Shown in pieces: positions 50,909-64,000 of a DNA stretch of 64,000 nt (positions within the stretch are counted from its first letter, which is position 1; each line of letters begins with the position of its first letter). Source of the stretch: Hormiphora californensis. Lineage: Eukaryota > Animalia > Ctenophora. The stretch spans positions 5,642,001 to 5,706,000 of the forward strand of contig CM035356.1 of the NCBI GenBank assembly GCA_020137815.1, given 5' to 3'. The notes below the pieces were generated by a model, which saw only the letters and a list, made by a program, of their open reading frames with translations, was not told the origin of the DNA and searched no databases. Made by a program: the position numbers and the translations under genes.

Positions 50909-53900
50909 AAGTGAGAGAAAGTGAGCGAGAGAGAAAGAGAAAGAGATAAAGAGAGAAAGAGAGAGGGACAGAAAGAGGTTTAATATGATGACTGCAAGAT
51001 CTACATAATCAGATTGCACTGTTACAAACTCACAAGTGTGTTACAAGTGTGACACCCTAGACAATGACGCAGAAGAGACAGTGATAGCAACAGACAGGGA
51101 GAGAAATGGAGAGAGAGAGAGAGAGAGAGATAGAGAGATAGATAGAGATAGAGCGGGGATTCCATACTAACAATTCCAGCTCATTCTCTCGACCGATAAC
51201 ATTATCCAAATAAATTATGAGTCTACTTTCTCTTGACATCTGGTACGATTATGTTTCCTAATTCCTGCTCTCTTTTTGGATGCTTTGAACACATGCGAGA
51301 TCGGATGATCTGATCATCTGACGCTCTGTAATTTATATTGTAGTTGTAAACTGTACACTTCAGGTCTTGTGAGTGTGTACAATGCAAATCATTTCATGGT
51401 TCACTCCAAAATCAGTAATGGAGTGGACACCTATGTATAAGTGAAATCGAAGTCAGTCGCTGTGCGCCTTCCATCTCGTCACCAAAACTACCCTGTAATT
51501 TATATTCAATTTAGGACGGAAGGTAAACGAATGATTCAGAGATACAGAGCGGGTGCGGGAGTGGATGAAATTGCTGCTGGTGCTGATGTAAGGTTCGCAG
51601 AGTTTGTCCAGGACATCCTGGCACATCAGGACAAATCGCCAGACAACTTCACCGCCACCGTACGTTTTATAGTCAGGCTGGTCAGACTTCTCGATTTACC
51701 TGATCCCGGTAAATCTCGAGGTCTGGTAAATCTCGAGGTTAAATATTATAGCCCCTTCTTCCACCCCCGAACACAAAGGTAACGACACATTACCAACCCT
51801 AACCCCCGGTATTTAAAACGGTTGAAGAGAGTTACTGTATGCAAATACCCGGAATGCCTCCATCAGCTCTTATCATAGAGAGTGGAGCACTTGACAAGAC
51901 AGATTGTCTCACACTGCACTCTCCGAACTGAATGCAGCGTGCGTGATGTTATAAGCAGTATCATGACAACTCATAGAGGGGGGCCTCTATCACCGCGTTA
52001 GAAAATATCAGGCAATATGAGCTGCTTCTTTCACCACGGAATGAACAAGTAATGAGCCGCACAGTTATATTTATATCATATACTTCCAAAGACCTTCTAG
52101 AACGTCTATAGAAGCTTCTATAGTTATTTACAGTAATCTTCCTAAAACCATACATCAGATGCTTATTTAGTTATTTACAGTTTAGGCAGAGTATGCCCCC
52201 CTCTCTTATCCTATGATATTCAATATACGACCTTCTGAAGTTATCCCTTCTTATCTTACAAGCTAAGTAGCGCTTCTAAAAAGAAAAGGCATGGTATTAG
52301 TGGGGGGGGTTAGAACGTGGGTACCCAATTTGTCTTTCTCCTTACAGGTAGTAGGATATACAAGTAAAGAAATTAAGCGGCAGGGTGCAAGAGGGGATGT
52401 GAAGCGTATCAATTTGACTGTTGGAGCACAATTCATTTAATTCAGGAGCACACTTTGAACTAATACACAATCAACTAAACCAAATGCAGGAATGAGCTGA
52501 TGATTCTTCTCTCGTTCTTCCTTCTCTATAAGTTGGACTCATGAATAGAGGCAGTGTGATATTTGTTTGCTGCGACCAAGTGGAGATAAATATGAGAGAG
52601 TGTCTCAAATTCCATGGTTCATGCTAAAAGGAGAAACCACAGTGAGTACCCCTCACTAAGTAATTTACATAAGTAGTCCCATTATACCCGTTTACATAAA
52701 CTGTGGTATATAAGCATGCGAAGTAGTAAGTTATGATACCTGTGTGAACAAGCGGTTGTGGTGAAAGCCGCTTATGATTATAGACTATAACGATCCCGAA
52801 ATCGTCCACCGCTCCCAACCTATATACGATATCCCAAATACCTGCCAAGTTTCCACCCGTCTCTTATACACCCCGGGGTGCGCCGTCACTCTCCTGTAAT
52901 GCGGTTTAGGGTCAAACCGCTGGAGTGTAAGGTGACTGCGTCCCAATCCCCGATCGGGAACAATTATACATGCCAAGCCAACCTTCCCCCTTACGTCCTA
53001 TGCTGATAACCCCTTCCTTCTCCAACCTTGACGAAAACTGGAACCCAGAGTTCTACATAGCAGGATTGTGTCATCCTTGGGTGAACTTCGATCTTATTGC
53101 TCGGTAAGTGGGACTGTATTTGACCTTATTGCACGGTAAGTGGGACTGTATTTGACCTTATTGAACGGTAAGTTCGCTAGATTTTAGGCCCCCCCCCCCC
53201 CCCAGATTTTAGGTGAGACACAGACTGTTATACTTCAATAACGTGACAACGTGTTCTAAGATTTATAGTATAACTATGGCTAAAAAGTAAGCACTCGATT
53301 GTAGTACAGTCGGACCCCGATTTAGTGGCATCATCGGGGGGAAAAATCCTGCCACTAAATCGGGGTGCCACTAAATCGGGTTAAGCCATATTTGGCCCAT
53401 AAAAACCTATTTTATTCCCAAAATGCTATACTAAGACTAAAGACACCTCTAACTGTTATAAATTCAACTGTGGTGGCAATGCCACAGCCCCAAAAGTCAC
53501 CGTGTTTTCTTTTATAATATGCAATATTCATGTATTGATGACATGATCATTTCTGATTAGAAAAAGAAAACGAAAAAATAAATTTTTCAAAAAAAATTGT
53601 GAAAAATTCTCTAAGTTAAACCAGCCCATCCGATTTGTGTTTCGAATCGGTTCAGCTTACTGGATGTCCTGTCGCTAATTAGCGGGTTCGAAACGAACCG
53701 ATACGTGATACCATGCCGAATCGGGGCACCCTAAGCGGGTTTGCCTTGTTTGAACAAAACAAAAGCGGGTGAGGAAGTATTAAAATTTCAAAACAACTTT
53801 TTCTCTCAAAATTTATGGGGAGCACTGATCAAAGCATTGACAATCGTATTGTAAAATTTTGCAAAAAAGTTTTTGAAAATGTTTCAAAGGAATTATACCC

Positions 53901-55375
53901 GCCACGTTCGAATCGTGGTTCGAAACGGTGCGTCTTATGGCATGTCCTGCTGCTAATTAAACGGTTCGTAACGAACCGATACGTGATCCCCATGGGGCTA
54001 TTGAATCACAAGTTTACCTAACGTTAAAATTTCGATTCGATGGGGATCACGTTTCGGTTCGTTCCGAACCGTCTAATTAGCAGCAGGACATGCGATAAGA
54101 TGTACCGTTTCGAACCACGATTCGGACGTGGCGGGTATAATTCCTTAGCAAAATTTTCAAAAAAATTTTTGGGGGAAAAATACTGCCACTAAATCGGGGT
54201 GCCACTAAATCGGGGGCCACTTAATCGGGGTCCGACTGTATAGGGCAAAACACAACTAAAAAGGGGGCTAGATAACTAGAATTATATAAAGCTGCAGAAT
54301 TATATGAAGCTGCACAGATTCAGATAGTACAGTCGAACCCCGATTTAACGGCCCCCGATTTAACGGCACTCCAATTTGACGGACTCCCTTTCCCCCGAGG
54401 ATGCCGTTAAATCGGTGTCCGACTGTACTGTTCCCACGAACATTATGTACTATGTACCCTATAACTACCAGCAAAGACACTAGGACCTCAGTAACAGCTG
54501 CTGCAGAGTGGTGGAGATAGGGACAGAGACTAGACAGGGACAGATAGGGACAGAGAGGGAGAACGAGGGAAAACAGGGAGAGTGAGAGACAGATGGAGAG
54601 ACAGGGGGACTGGGAGAGACAGAGGAAGAGAGACAGAGAAAGAGAGCTAGGCAGAGAGACAGACAGCTGTCTGTTTTTGCTGATAAACACATCGCATTCT
54701 CTCTTTCTCTCTGTCGACAGAGACAGAGAGACAGACAGACAGAGAGAATGAATGCGATGTGTTTATCAGCAAAAACATAAGGTGCATTCAGATCACATTA
54801 GACAGGTCATTGGGAAGAGAACCCCGACATAATGTGGTGTCGATATATTGCATTTCGGGGCATTCATAAGTCATTTAAAGCTGTTTTATGTAGTTTTATG
54901 TAGTTTCCTGTTTCATCAGTACTAAACTGATTAATCTGTCTACTATTCAGTAATTATGGCATTTCAATATAGGTATGAGGACCTAGATACGGCGTCGGTT
55001 CACATTTTCAACAAAGTCGGTCTACCACCGCAGTACGAGACCTTCCCAAGACCATCACGAAACAGCTCAACGGTCAAAAGAGCAGTAAGTAACACTGAAC
55101 TATCTCTGTCTCAGTTTTCTTTTTCAGTTTTCTAACTCTGAACTTTCTCTCTCTCCCTCCATCTCTGCATTCGTTTTTAGATTTCAGTTCTCCTCTCTCT
55201 CTAAGTCTATCGCTTCATTCCTCTCGAAAGTCTGAAACGAGATAAGAGAAGAAAGAGCGAGGCAGTAGAGACAAGAAAGAAAGAAGATATAACTCCCTAA
55301 TTATCGAGATATCTAGCTCTATCGCTCTCTATCTCTCTCTCTATCTATCTCTCTCTCTATAGCTATATATATCTA

Positions 55376-55412
<37 letters not shown>

Positions 55413-58259
55413 TCTCCCCCTAACTGTACTATTTCCAAGTGTCAGGACATGTCTGGGGGGTTTAAAAACTCTTTCTAAACACCCAGCCGCACCTTCAACC
55501 ATGTGGATAGGTTGTCTAAATAGTAACACGTTAACTCATTCAAACGACAGCTCAATTTTTCATACACTAAGGATGTTCAATACATATAGCGAGACAGTGG
55601 AAAACTGATTTAATTCCATACTAACTATTCCTCACTGGTTAACGACCGCGGAATTAGTGGGGAGTGGGAATACTCGAGACTGTAAACCAAATTTGAGCAA
55701 ATTGAAAGACGAGGTATATGACGTTTGTCGTCTAAGAAGAAAAATCCCCCCGCCAAAGCACCAAGCAAGCTAATAAAGCCCTCAAGTCACCATGATAGGA
55801 GACAGAGCCTGTCTCGAGACAAGACGCGTACCAAAGCAGCAAGTAAAAATAAATGATAAAGCCATTCAATAAAGCTGCAATCAAGTCTCAGCTGCTTTGT
55901 ACAAACCCATTTTATCGCTAAAACGAGTGGTCGAGCTAGGCAAGTGCAATTGCAGTAGCTCCTGAAGTATCCTCGAGACGCGTACAAAATCAATAACAGA
56001 ACAAAGTGGCTGGACGAGTGTACTATCTCACACGCGCGATGTACATGACGCGCAGCGTGCTAATCTGTGCGCTGACAAGGAACAGCTCAGCAGATTGGTG
56101 ATGACATCCCGTACGCGGCTAGTGTAGGGGTGGCTGCATCACCAACTCAGCAGATCATGTCCGATCATTTGACAAGCTGTCAAGTGATTCTATTCGGGGC
56201 CCTTCTAATTCAAGAAGGGCAGCCGCTCCAGGAATAGAATCACCAAGTTGAACTCTGCCATGTCTTAATTTATCTTGTTGAGTAATGTCGCAATTTCCTC
56301 TAACCCGCCACCCGTATATTAGAAGAAGATGTCACAATTTACGGTTTAATTAAATTCTCAGTCTAGCCTACTGCAATCGCATACAGCTTCATCCTTGTAG
56401 AAAACCCAAAACCCTTGTTGAGTAAGGGGTGGGACAACAAAAACCCCAACAATTTGGGGCAGCTGTCAAAGCTGTTGCAACAGTCCTCACATTCACACTC
56501 ACATGGTTTTACCTCTCCTAATTCAAAATGATAATAGACGCGAAACCGGAAGTTGTCGGTTCAATCCCGGCCCTAGCCAGATATTTCTCTCTTAAGGGTA
56601 CGCTAACCAAATTTTTTTTTCGAGTGCAGGGAAATCTCTCACTGTAGGGTTGTAGGCCATGCCAAGGAGACCTCAAATATGCAATTTGAGCTCTCAAGTC
56701 GAATTCATATTTTTGCTACAGCTGTTTAAAAAATGTACTGAAAATACGTTTTTTGCATCTCGAAAAATTTTTTTTAAAGATATGAGCATGAAAATTTGGG
56801 GATTTGAAGAGGACATGAAGGTGAATAACCACAAAAATTTTTTTTGCAATCCGAGCTGATTTCCGGTCCTGAGATGGATTTATTTTTTTCCACTTTAACG
56901 CCCTATTTGGCAAAGTTCCGAAAACATGTGAAAGCTGTAAATTGGTGAAAAGTTGCGTCTAACGATTATCTAAGTGGCCATAAATTTTGGGCGTGTCCTT
57001 ATTTGAGGTGTGTCGTACAGATTTTTTTTTGTGAAAGCCGTCATTTCAGAAATAAATAAATTCCCTGTATCTCAAAAACGGCTGATCGTAGAGACCTGAG
57101 ACTATGCTTAAACGATTCAGAAGGTCCGATTTTGGGGGGGTCTTCTGAGAGACATTTTGCTCCTACTTCAACCGTTTTTGCTGTAATTGCGAAAAACGAA
57201 AACCCATCTTCGCCATCGTGGATTTTTTGTGATTTTGTTTTTGATGATTATCGGGACCCATATGGACCAAATAGTGAAGGAATTAGCTTGTTAAACTTTT
57301 TTCCATAGTTTCGGCCCTTTCTTAGCTAAAATTCCCTAATTACAGGATATTGGAGTTTAGCCTTTGCCCTTTTCATAGAATTTGTTTTTCGCAATTACAG
57401 CAAAAACGGTTGAAGTAGGAGCAAAATGTCTCTCAGAAGACCCCCCCCAAAATCGGACCTTCTGAATCGTTTAAGCATAGTCTCAGGTCTCTACGATCAG
57501 CCGTTTTTGAGATACAGGGAATTTATTTATTTCTGAAATGACGGCTTTCACAAAAAAAACTCTGTACGACACACCTCAAATAAGGACACGCCCAAAATTT
57601 ATGGCCACTTAGATAATCGTTAGACGCAACTTTTCACCAATTTACAGCTTTCACTTGTTTTCGGAACTTTGCCAAATAGGGCGTTAAAGTGGAAAAAAAG
57701 AAATCCATCTCAGGACCGGAAATCAGCTCGGATTGCAAAAAAAATTTTTGTGGTTATTCACCTTCATGTCCTCTTCAAATCCCCAAATTTTCATGCTCCT
57801 ATCTTTAAAAAAAAATTTTCGAGATGCAAAAAACGTATTTTCAGTACATTTTTTAAACAGCTGTAGCAAAAATATGAATTCGACTTGAGAGCTCAAATTG
57901 CATATTTGAGGTCTCCTTGGCATGGCCTACAACCCTACGGTGAGAGATTTCCCTGCACTCGAAAAAAATTTTTGGTTAGCGTACCCTTAAACATGATCAG
58001 ATATTCCAAGACAATGATATCCTGATATCAAGATAATGATATCCTGATACATATTTCTCTGCGCCCAGGTGTGATATTTGATCTCTCTGATATTTCTCTC
58101 TGATATTTGATCTCTCTCACTCTGCAGGTGATTGAGCTAGCCCTACTGGATGATGGATTATTGGGGAGGTTAAAGAGGCAACTCCAACCAGATATGGATA
58201 TGTTGGGTTACACTGTTCCTCTACAACTTCAACACATCCTTAACAACAGGAACATTTAA
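47356..58259 (+). CDS. Golgi carbohydrate sulfotransferase (Sulfotransfer_2; CHST8-14/HNK-1ST family-like) with two alternative N-terminal cassettes
   Basis: Cassette A 47356-47470 + 47550-47643; cassette B 48234-48354 + 48449-48539. Common exons 48924-49035, 49743-49844 (VPK|VACSNWK, 5'-PSB), 50015-50104 and 50247-50308 (FLFVRNPWTRL|VSAY, 3'-PB), 51515-51659 (VRFAEFV), about 53027-53103 (LCHP..FDLIAR; acceptor unclear), 54973-55084 (YEDL), 58128-58259 (DMDMLGY, stop). Confidence 0.88.
53307..54238. mobile_element. Non-autonomous Tc1/mariner(pogo)-type element
   Basis: TA|CAGTCGGACCCCGATT...AATCGGGGTCCGACTG|TA; subterminal GCCACTAAATCGGGG repeats; internal palindrome at about 53890-54150. 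Confidence 0.75.
54330..54425. mobile_element. 96-bp MITE of the CAGTCGGACCCCGATTTA family
   Basis: TA|CAGTCGAACCCCGATTTAACGG...CCGTTAAATCGGTGTCCGACTG|TA; decayed relatives near 37050-37118, 43486-43570 and 60523-60630. Confidence 0.75.
56596..57986. mobile_element. Non-autonomous TTAA-targeting element with about 600-bp TIRs (Kolobok-like termini)
   Basis: TTAA|GGGTACGCTAACC...GGTTAGCGTACCC|TTAA; spacer of about 190 bp; purine-purine 5' terminus rather than the CC of piggyBac. Confidence 0.8.
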
Positions 58260-59387
58260 TATTATATTGGTCTATTGGGTAACTAAACTCTGCTTATATT
58301 AGCACTTGGTAGTAACCATGGTAACGTGGAAAGTTACTTTACGAGGCCTTAATAAGGCCGCCTTATACTTGGTAATTAAAGTGCTCAAACAATAATCACA
58401 GCCCGTGACTGAAACACATAGAGAAATATTTGGACACATGTCCAGTTTGTTGTACATAACCTGCAAGTCTGCAACTTTAAACGTTTTCTGGTTTGCTGGT
58501 TAAGCTGGATTGGAGGGATTCTAACTTGGATCCCTTGCGATTTCCGAATTTAATTATTAGTTTTATTCTCTGTTGGATTCATGTGATAACACGTTTATTG
58601 TAATTTTGGAAAAGTAGGTAATACTACTAACATTTCAACAGCCCTTACAACAGCAACAAAATACAGAGTTTACAATTTAAATGAACACATGTTTGCGTGA
58701 TTTTGGAAATGGATGGGAGATGGCAATAATCAAACTCCAAATGGCTAAGTTCTGAACTATTAATTATACGCCGCGAAGTACCCAGTTAGTAGTTACAGGG
58801 TTATTCAAGGTTCAGACTGTCTGAGCAGTAATATAACCTCTGCAGAGCTCTGAGAGGTTATTCCCAACCCCTCGAACCCTTCTGAAGAACGGAGAATAGA
58901 ATGAGTGGTAGTTTTCCTACCATTGCCTTTTGTGCCCAAAGCGTTGGTACTCGACTAGCACCAATATAATTATTGAAGTCCAAAATCACAAATGTTAATC
59001 ACTCACAATTCCACGCAAAACTGAGGGGAACCATGACAGACATACTGAATTACATACTGAATTATGCACAGGTACTGCCTGTCATGGTCCCCCTGATCAG
59101 CACTGTATCACAGGATACATTGAAAAAGCATTCACTCAGTTGAAAAAGCATTCACTCAGTTGAAAACTTGAAAAGTCTTATATTTCGCAGAATTTATTCC
59201 TGCTAAGTTAAATAACTGAATTTAGGCTACTTGAAGATTCAGAGAAAAACAAAATCATTGCACGGTATTACATTAAATTGTAGTCTTTATCTCAGTTCCA
59301 ACTGTCCCTATCCTCGATAGTTTTCCCACAGCGGCTCTTATAGCTCCAAGATCCTGCTCGTCACCATGACTACAACAATGCAGTTCA

Positions 59388-61263
59388 TCACGTGTAGGTA
59401 TACCTGAGGTACAGAGCCAGTCCTATCATCATGCTCACAACACTCATACCCCCGAGTATCAGGGCGCCCACCCAATAGGTAAAATACTCCAACATGAACC
59501 CAGCGAGGCCCTGTCCCGCGAAACAGAACGCCAGGAACCCAATCAGCCACGTTCCTCCAATGAACATCTCTTGGTCCGCTGTAATGGCCCCGGAATGTCG
59601 TATCTGGACCTTTTTCATGGCGGATAGTGTTGCTATGGTGATGAGGGGATCTCCAAACCCGGCCAAGAATGCAGCCGGGTAGGCAGTGATGGGGGAGAGC
59701 CGGTACAGGGGCCGGATATACTCCACAGGGAACATTAACAGGACACCAACCCCCACACAGAGACTCCCCAAGAACATCTGGGAGTAGGGTGAGATCTTGG
59801 GTCCCTTGAGGAGGAAGGCTGAGGTGGCACTACCAACCACCATCCCAACACTAACGGTAGAGAGGACCAGACCACCCTGTGAAATGGGCACGTGGAAGAA
59901 TATGTTTAGGTAGGGGGTGATGGTAATTTGGAGGTACCCGTACACAATATTAACCAGCATGGTACTCAATAACGGTAGAGTAATCCACCAGGAGAGTTTA
60001 GAGCTGTGCCGCTTCTTCCCTATTGGGACTGTTCCATAGTCGTTAGTCTTGAGCAGCATGGGTTCCTTGAGGAGTTCTGAAGAGTCCCCGGTCAGGCTCT
60101 CCTCGCTGGATGAAGCCGCTATCCCACTATCATGGTCACTCTCGCTCTCCTCAGAGCAACTGGCGCTGTGGGAGGGACAATCTGGGATGAAGAAGTAGGT
60201 CATTGTGATGGGCAGGATGAGCATCGCCGTTACTAGGTAGAAGGGAGCGTTGTACCCGAAGTAGTCGTACAAGGCACTGCCCATGGCTGCACCCAGACCG
60301 TGTCCCGCGTAGACACCAAGTTGCGTCATGGAGTTGACCGAGTCGAAATCACGGGTGAACTGACTCCGGCAGAGGTCAATGAGAAGGAGACACCGGGGGT
60401 AACCAAGGAAACCGTTATAGATTCTCAGGGCGATATTGAGAGTGACCAATAGGGACACGTCTTCGGTTATGTACCTGGAAAGAAAGTGAAGATTAAAAAA
60501 TACTTCCTGTGTTGATCATGTGCAGTCGGACACCGATTTACCGGACCCCGGATTTACCGGGAGGTTATACTTAATAGTAGTTGACCCCAGTGGCCGATAT
60601 ACCAGGCAAAACCATTTTTCCCAAGCATCATGTCATGTTAATACCTGTATGTTAGTATACATCCCAGGGGGTATAGAAGGTTGAGGGTCTGGTCCCATTG
60701 CAGGAGGGTCTTTGGAGTGAACCGTCTTAGCAGAAACTCTGTTGTGCGGGTCATGTAGGCCAAGAGAAACCCTGCAAACATACTCCCCCCGATCAGACCA
60801 TAGTACTTTGGTTCAACGTTTTTTTCCGAGAAACTGTCTGCCAGAAATCCGTACCTGTTTGGTGGGCGAGGAGGGGGTAAAGTAAACATAAAGAGATAGG
60901 TCATGGTGTGTCATATTCTAACCATTCAGATTAAATGCCACATATATAGTCAAACGTATCCAGATAGGCTGACAGAAACACAAGTGACAGAAAGGACCTT
61001 GACAGAAAGGACCTTGACAGAAAGGACCTTGACAGAAAGGACCTTAACAAAAAGGACCTTGACAGAAAGGACCTCAACAAAAAGGACTACGACAGAAAGG
61101 ACCTTGGCAGAAAGGACCATGACAGAAAGGACCTTGACAGAAAAGACCATGACAGAAAAGATTACCTGACAGCTGCAGTGAGGGACCCGCTGAAGCTGAT
61201 AACGAGGATCGTTATAAAGGACATCCAGTCTCTCCAGTTGTATCTTTGAGAGTATGTTACCAT
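59388..61263 (-). CDS. Major facilitator superfamily transporter, SLC18B1/vesicular amine transporter-like
   Basis: Exons 61263-61166, 60854-60645, 60474-59388, all with phase-2 junctions. About 12 hydrophobic segments, GLGAAMGSALYDYFGYNAPF motif, and a long acidic/Ser-rich central loop. Confidence 0.82.
60986..61160. repeat. 15-bp minisatellite TGACAGAAAGGACCT in MFS intron 1
   Basis: About 11 copies next to the donor site. Confidence 0.9.
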
Positions 61264-61964
61264 GGTTACCACTATTCTGGGATGCTAGGGGGAGCTGGGG
61301 TTAGTTACTTAGTTAGGCACTGTAATTGATTTACATAATGGGACTGTCTCCCAATAACAGGGACTGTCTCCCAATAACAGGGCAGATACTTTGGACTGGA
61401 GTAGTTCAAAATACTGCCAGAGACAGTGCAGCCCTTTCGACATGATAAACTATGTAGAAATAACACCGGCAAATAATGTAGTACTTGACTATTAAAGCAT
61501 GAACAACGCAAAACAAACAGGGTGGGCCGGATGGAAACAATTTACATGGCTGATTGTATAGATACAAGCATAATGATCACTGCCACTATACTTCCTCGCA
61601 CATATATGCCAGAGCATTGGCCTGACACTGTCAGAGCATTGGCCTGACAGTCAAACCAATCAGCTGTGCAACTCACAACCAATCAAAACTCTACCAAAGA
61701 CAGACTGCGTCTCATCTGCTGATGGGAGTTGGGTCGGATGGCTTTTCTATTTCTTCCTGGTAAAATTATAAGGAAGGAATTTTACTTGGAGAAGCGAGCT
61801 TTAGGGGCCGCCCTGCTGCGGCTCTTTGTTGATAGGCAATCCCATATTTCTAGGAAACTATAATACCTGGAGCATAGGGTATCCCATGTTTTCTTAGGGG
61901 CATCTCTCTTTTCTCCCTTTTCTTTTTCTCTCTCCCTATCTCACCCTATCTCTCTCCCCCTCTC

Positions 61965-62028
<64 letters not shown>

Positions 62029-62456
62029 TCTCCCTCTCTCTCTATATCTATCTTTCTCTCTCTCTCCCTCTCTCTATATCTATCTTTCTCTCTCTTTCTA
62101 TCTCACTAAGCGTATTTGGGAATGACAGCATGATCCTTGGCAGAGAATTACTTGGAAACACATACAAATCCTTCTAAGAATATCACTGCAGCCCAACGAG
62201 GCCAGGGGGTGGGAACAGCTCTAGATTTTCTAGGTAAGCAAACTCACGTACCAACTAAGAAATGGGATACTTCTAGGAGGAGGTCGATATGCAAAAGGAA
62301 TTCATCCATGAATCATGATACACAGGTCTGAATATGGTGTGACCTAAATAATAAACCTACTACCTATAGCGTAGCTAGAAGGAACTAGGATTAGGGCATT
62401 AAGTTCCCATGGGCTCAGAGCTGCTCTATAATTTGGTTATCTACAACACAATACCG

Positions 62457-62656
62457 GGATACTAAATACCAGCTCCATATATTATGTTGTATAGAATTAC
62501 ATTCAGTATATCCCATATCGAGTTAGCTGTAGTAGGATACAGTATCCTAGTATCGGATACTAGGATACTGTATCCTACTACAGCTAACTCGATATGGGAT
62601 ATACTGCATGTAATTCTATACAACATAATATAATATGGAGCTGGTATTTAGTATCC
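62457..62656. repeat. About 200-bp near-perfect palindrome
   Basis: GGATACTAAATACCAGCTCCATAT...ATATGGAGCTGGTATTTAGTATCC with nested TAGGATACAGTATCCTA palindromes. Confidence 0.85.
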
Positions 62657-64000
62657 GATACTAGGATCTGCATCATTCTCAGTGGAAGGGAGATATAGCT
62701 AGGATCAACTTAATAGCTGTTATGTTTTAACCATCCTTTGTAAAAGAAGGGCGGAGCGCACGGAAAGAGGGTCGAGCTGGGCAATTTGATTCTCAACAGT
62801 GCGCTCAGATGGGGTCCGCGGCATTGAAGGAACAGTTGTCAGAGCATTGGCCTGACAGAGGAACAGTATTCAAGACAAGAAAACAATAACTTACATCGCC
62901 ACAATCGATTTGAAATGAGTGAGCGGGTTACGCGGATATGATTCGTTTGAAATTTGAATGGAAATCATCAAAAAGAGCATCAAAAAGAGCATCAAAAAGA
63001 AACATGTTTCACTTGTTTTGTTCAAACCTTTTTAGGGGACAAGGCAATGTTTCACAACAACCGATGACAATTCATATTCAATTCTTCATACTCATAGATT
63101 TCTAGTTGAAGTTGTTATTCATTTGAAAGCTGCTATATAACACATGATTCAAGAAATACAATAACGTTTTCACACCTTGACACATCTGGCTACAAGTCGA
63201 CGAGATGCTGTGACAGAGAGGAGGTCAGAGAAATATAGGGGGTCTAAAATGAAGAATAGATTTCCCACGAACAAAGACGTAGCACATTTGTCGCTAAATC
63301 ACGAACAACCGTTGCACTTCTAATCCAATGTTTCATTTAATACGCGTTTATTAACTTGATATAGCCGTGTTACAAAAATTGTAATACAAATCAAGGCATT
63401 GTATTTGTCCACGCCCTCTACAAAACTAAATAAGCGGCTAAAGAGCTGTACAATTACAGACCGATCAATAAACGTGATAACTGAGAAATATCTTTGGAAA
63501 CAAAATCGAACACCTGATCTTGAACAGTTAGATAATATCAAGTGATAACAGCTGTTGCACAGACCGTTGAGGTAAACTGTTAAATCAGATCACTGAATTC
63601 CAAACAAAGTAAATTCAATGGATCGCTGGCTCGCGAATTGTTGTTTGTTACAAAATCAATTAGCTTAACACAGTGTACAGGTCAACATCATGAGTTGTCA
63701 ATGGTTGGGTAAACTATTATAGGTTCACGTACCAAAACTATGCGTATGCTGCATATTGAATTCTCGAAGTCTCCATTGGATTCCCGGAAAACCCCCTTAA
63801 AACAACACACCTATAGTGAGATGTCAGGTGAGGCTGTTATATCAACATTTGCTTGTCTAATTAGGGTTTTGTGAGGAAGTTTTGTTTGGCAGATTTATAG
63901 AGATGGGGATGGGGTAATAAAAAACAATTGGCCGTTTAAATCAAATGATAAATATCAAGGACTGACGACGTCCATGGACTGTCAGAGCATTGGCCTGACC

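Overview
This is AT-rich, intron-rich, microsatellite-laden animal genomic DNA from a draft assembly, with a 100-N gap at 36467-36566 and degraded stretches. The small hAT-type MITE resembles one I recall from the ctenophore Pleurobrachia, so a ctenophore source is likely but not proven. Six protein-coding genes were reconstructed by hand from GT-AG junctions. (1) A minus-strand receptor guanylyl-cyclase-like gene (24904 to beyond the left edge) whose cyclase domain appears degenerate. (2) A class A GPCR nested antisense in its 8.9 kb intron. (3) A receptor-like membrane protein with 7 TSP1 repeats, a Cys-rich repeat and a PAN-like module. (4) An intronless secreted single-domain beta/gamma-crystallin. 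(5) A Golgi carbohydrate sulfotransferase with two duplicated alternative N-terminal cassettes. (6) An SLC18B1-like MFS transporter. There are many non-autonomous DNA transposons with diagnostic TSDs (8 bp, 9 bp, TA, TTAA). The top finding is at 40881-42979: a non-coding 482-bp unit in about 2 direct plus 2.3 inverted, apparently identical copies, flanked by a 12-bp target-site duplication. The unit folds into a closed rod/branched structure with strand-specific G.U pairs and a cUUCGg tetraloop. This is what rolling-circle, twin-primed reverse transcription of a viroid/retrozyme-like circular RNA would leave, but no known ribozyme core was recognisable by eye.
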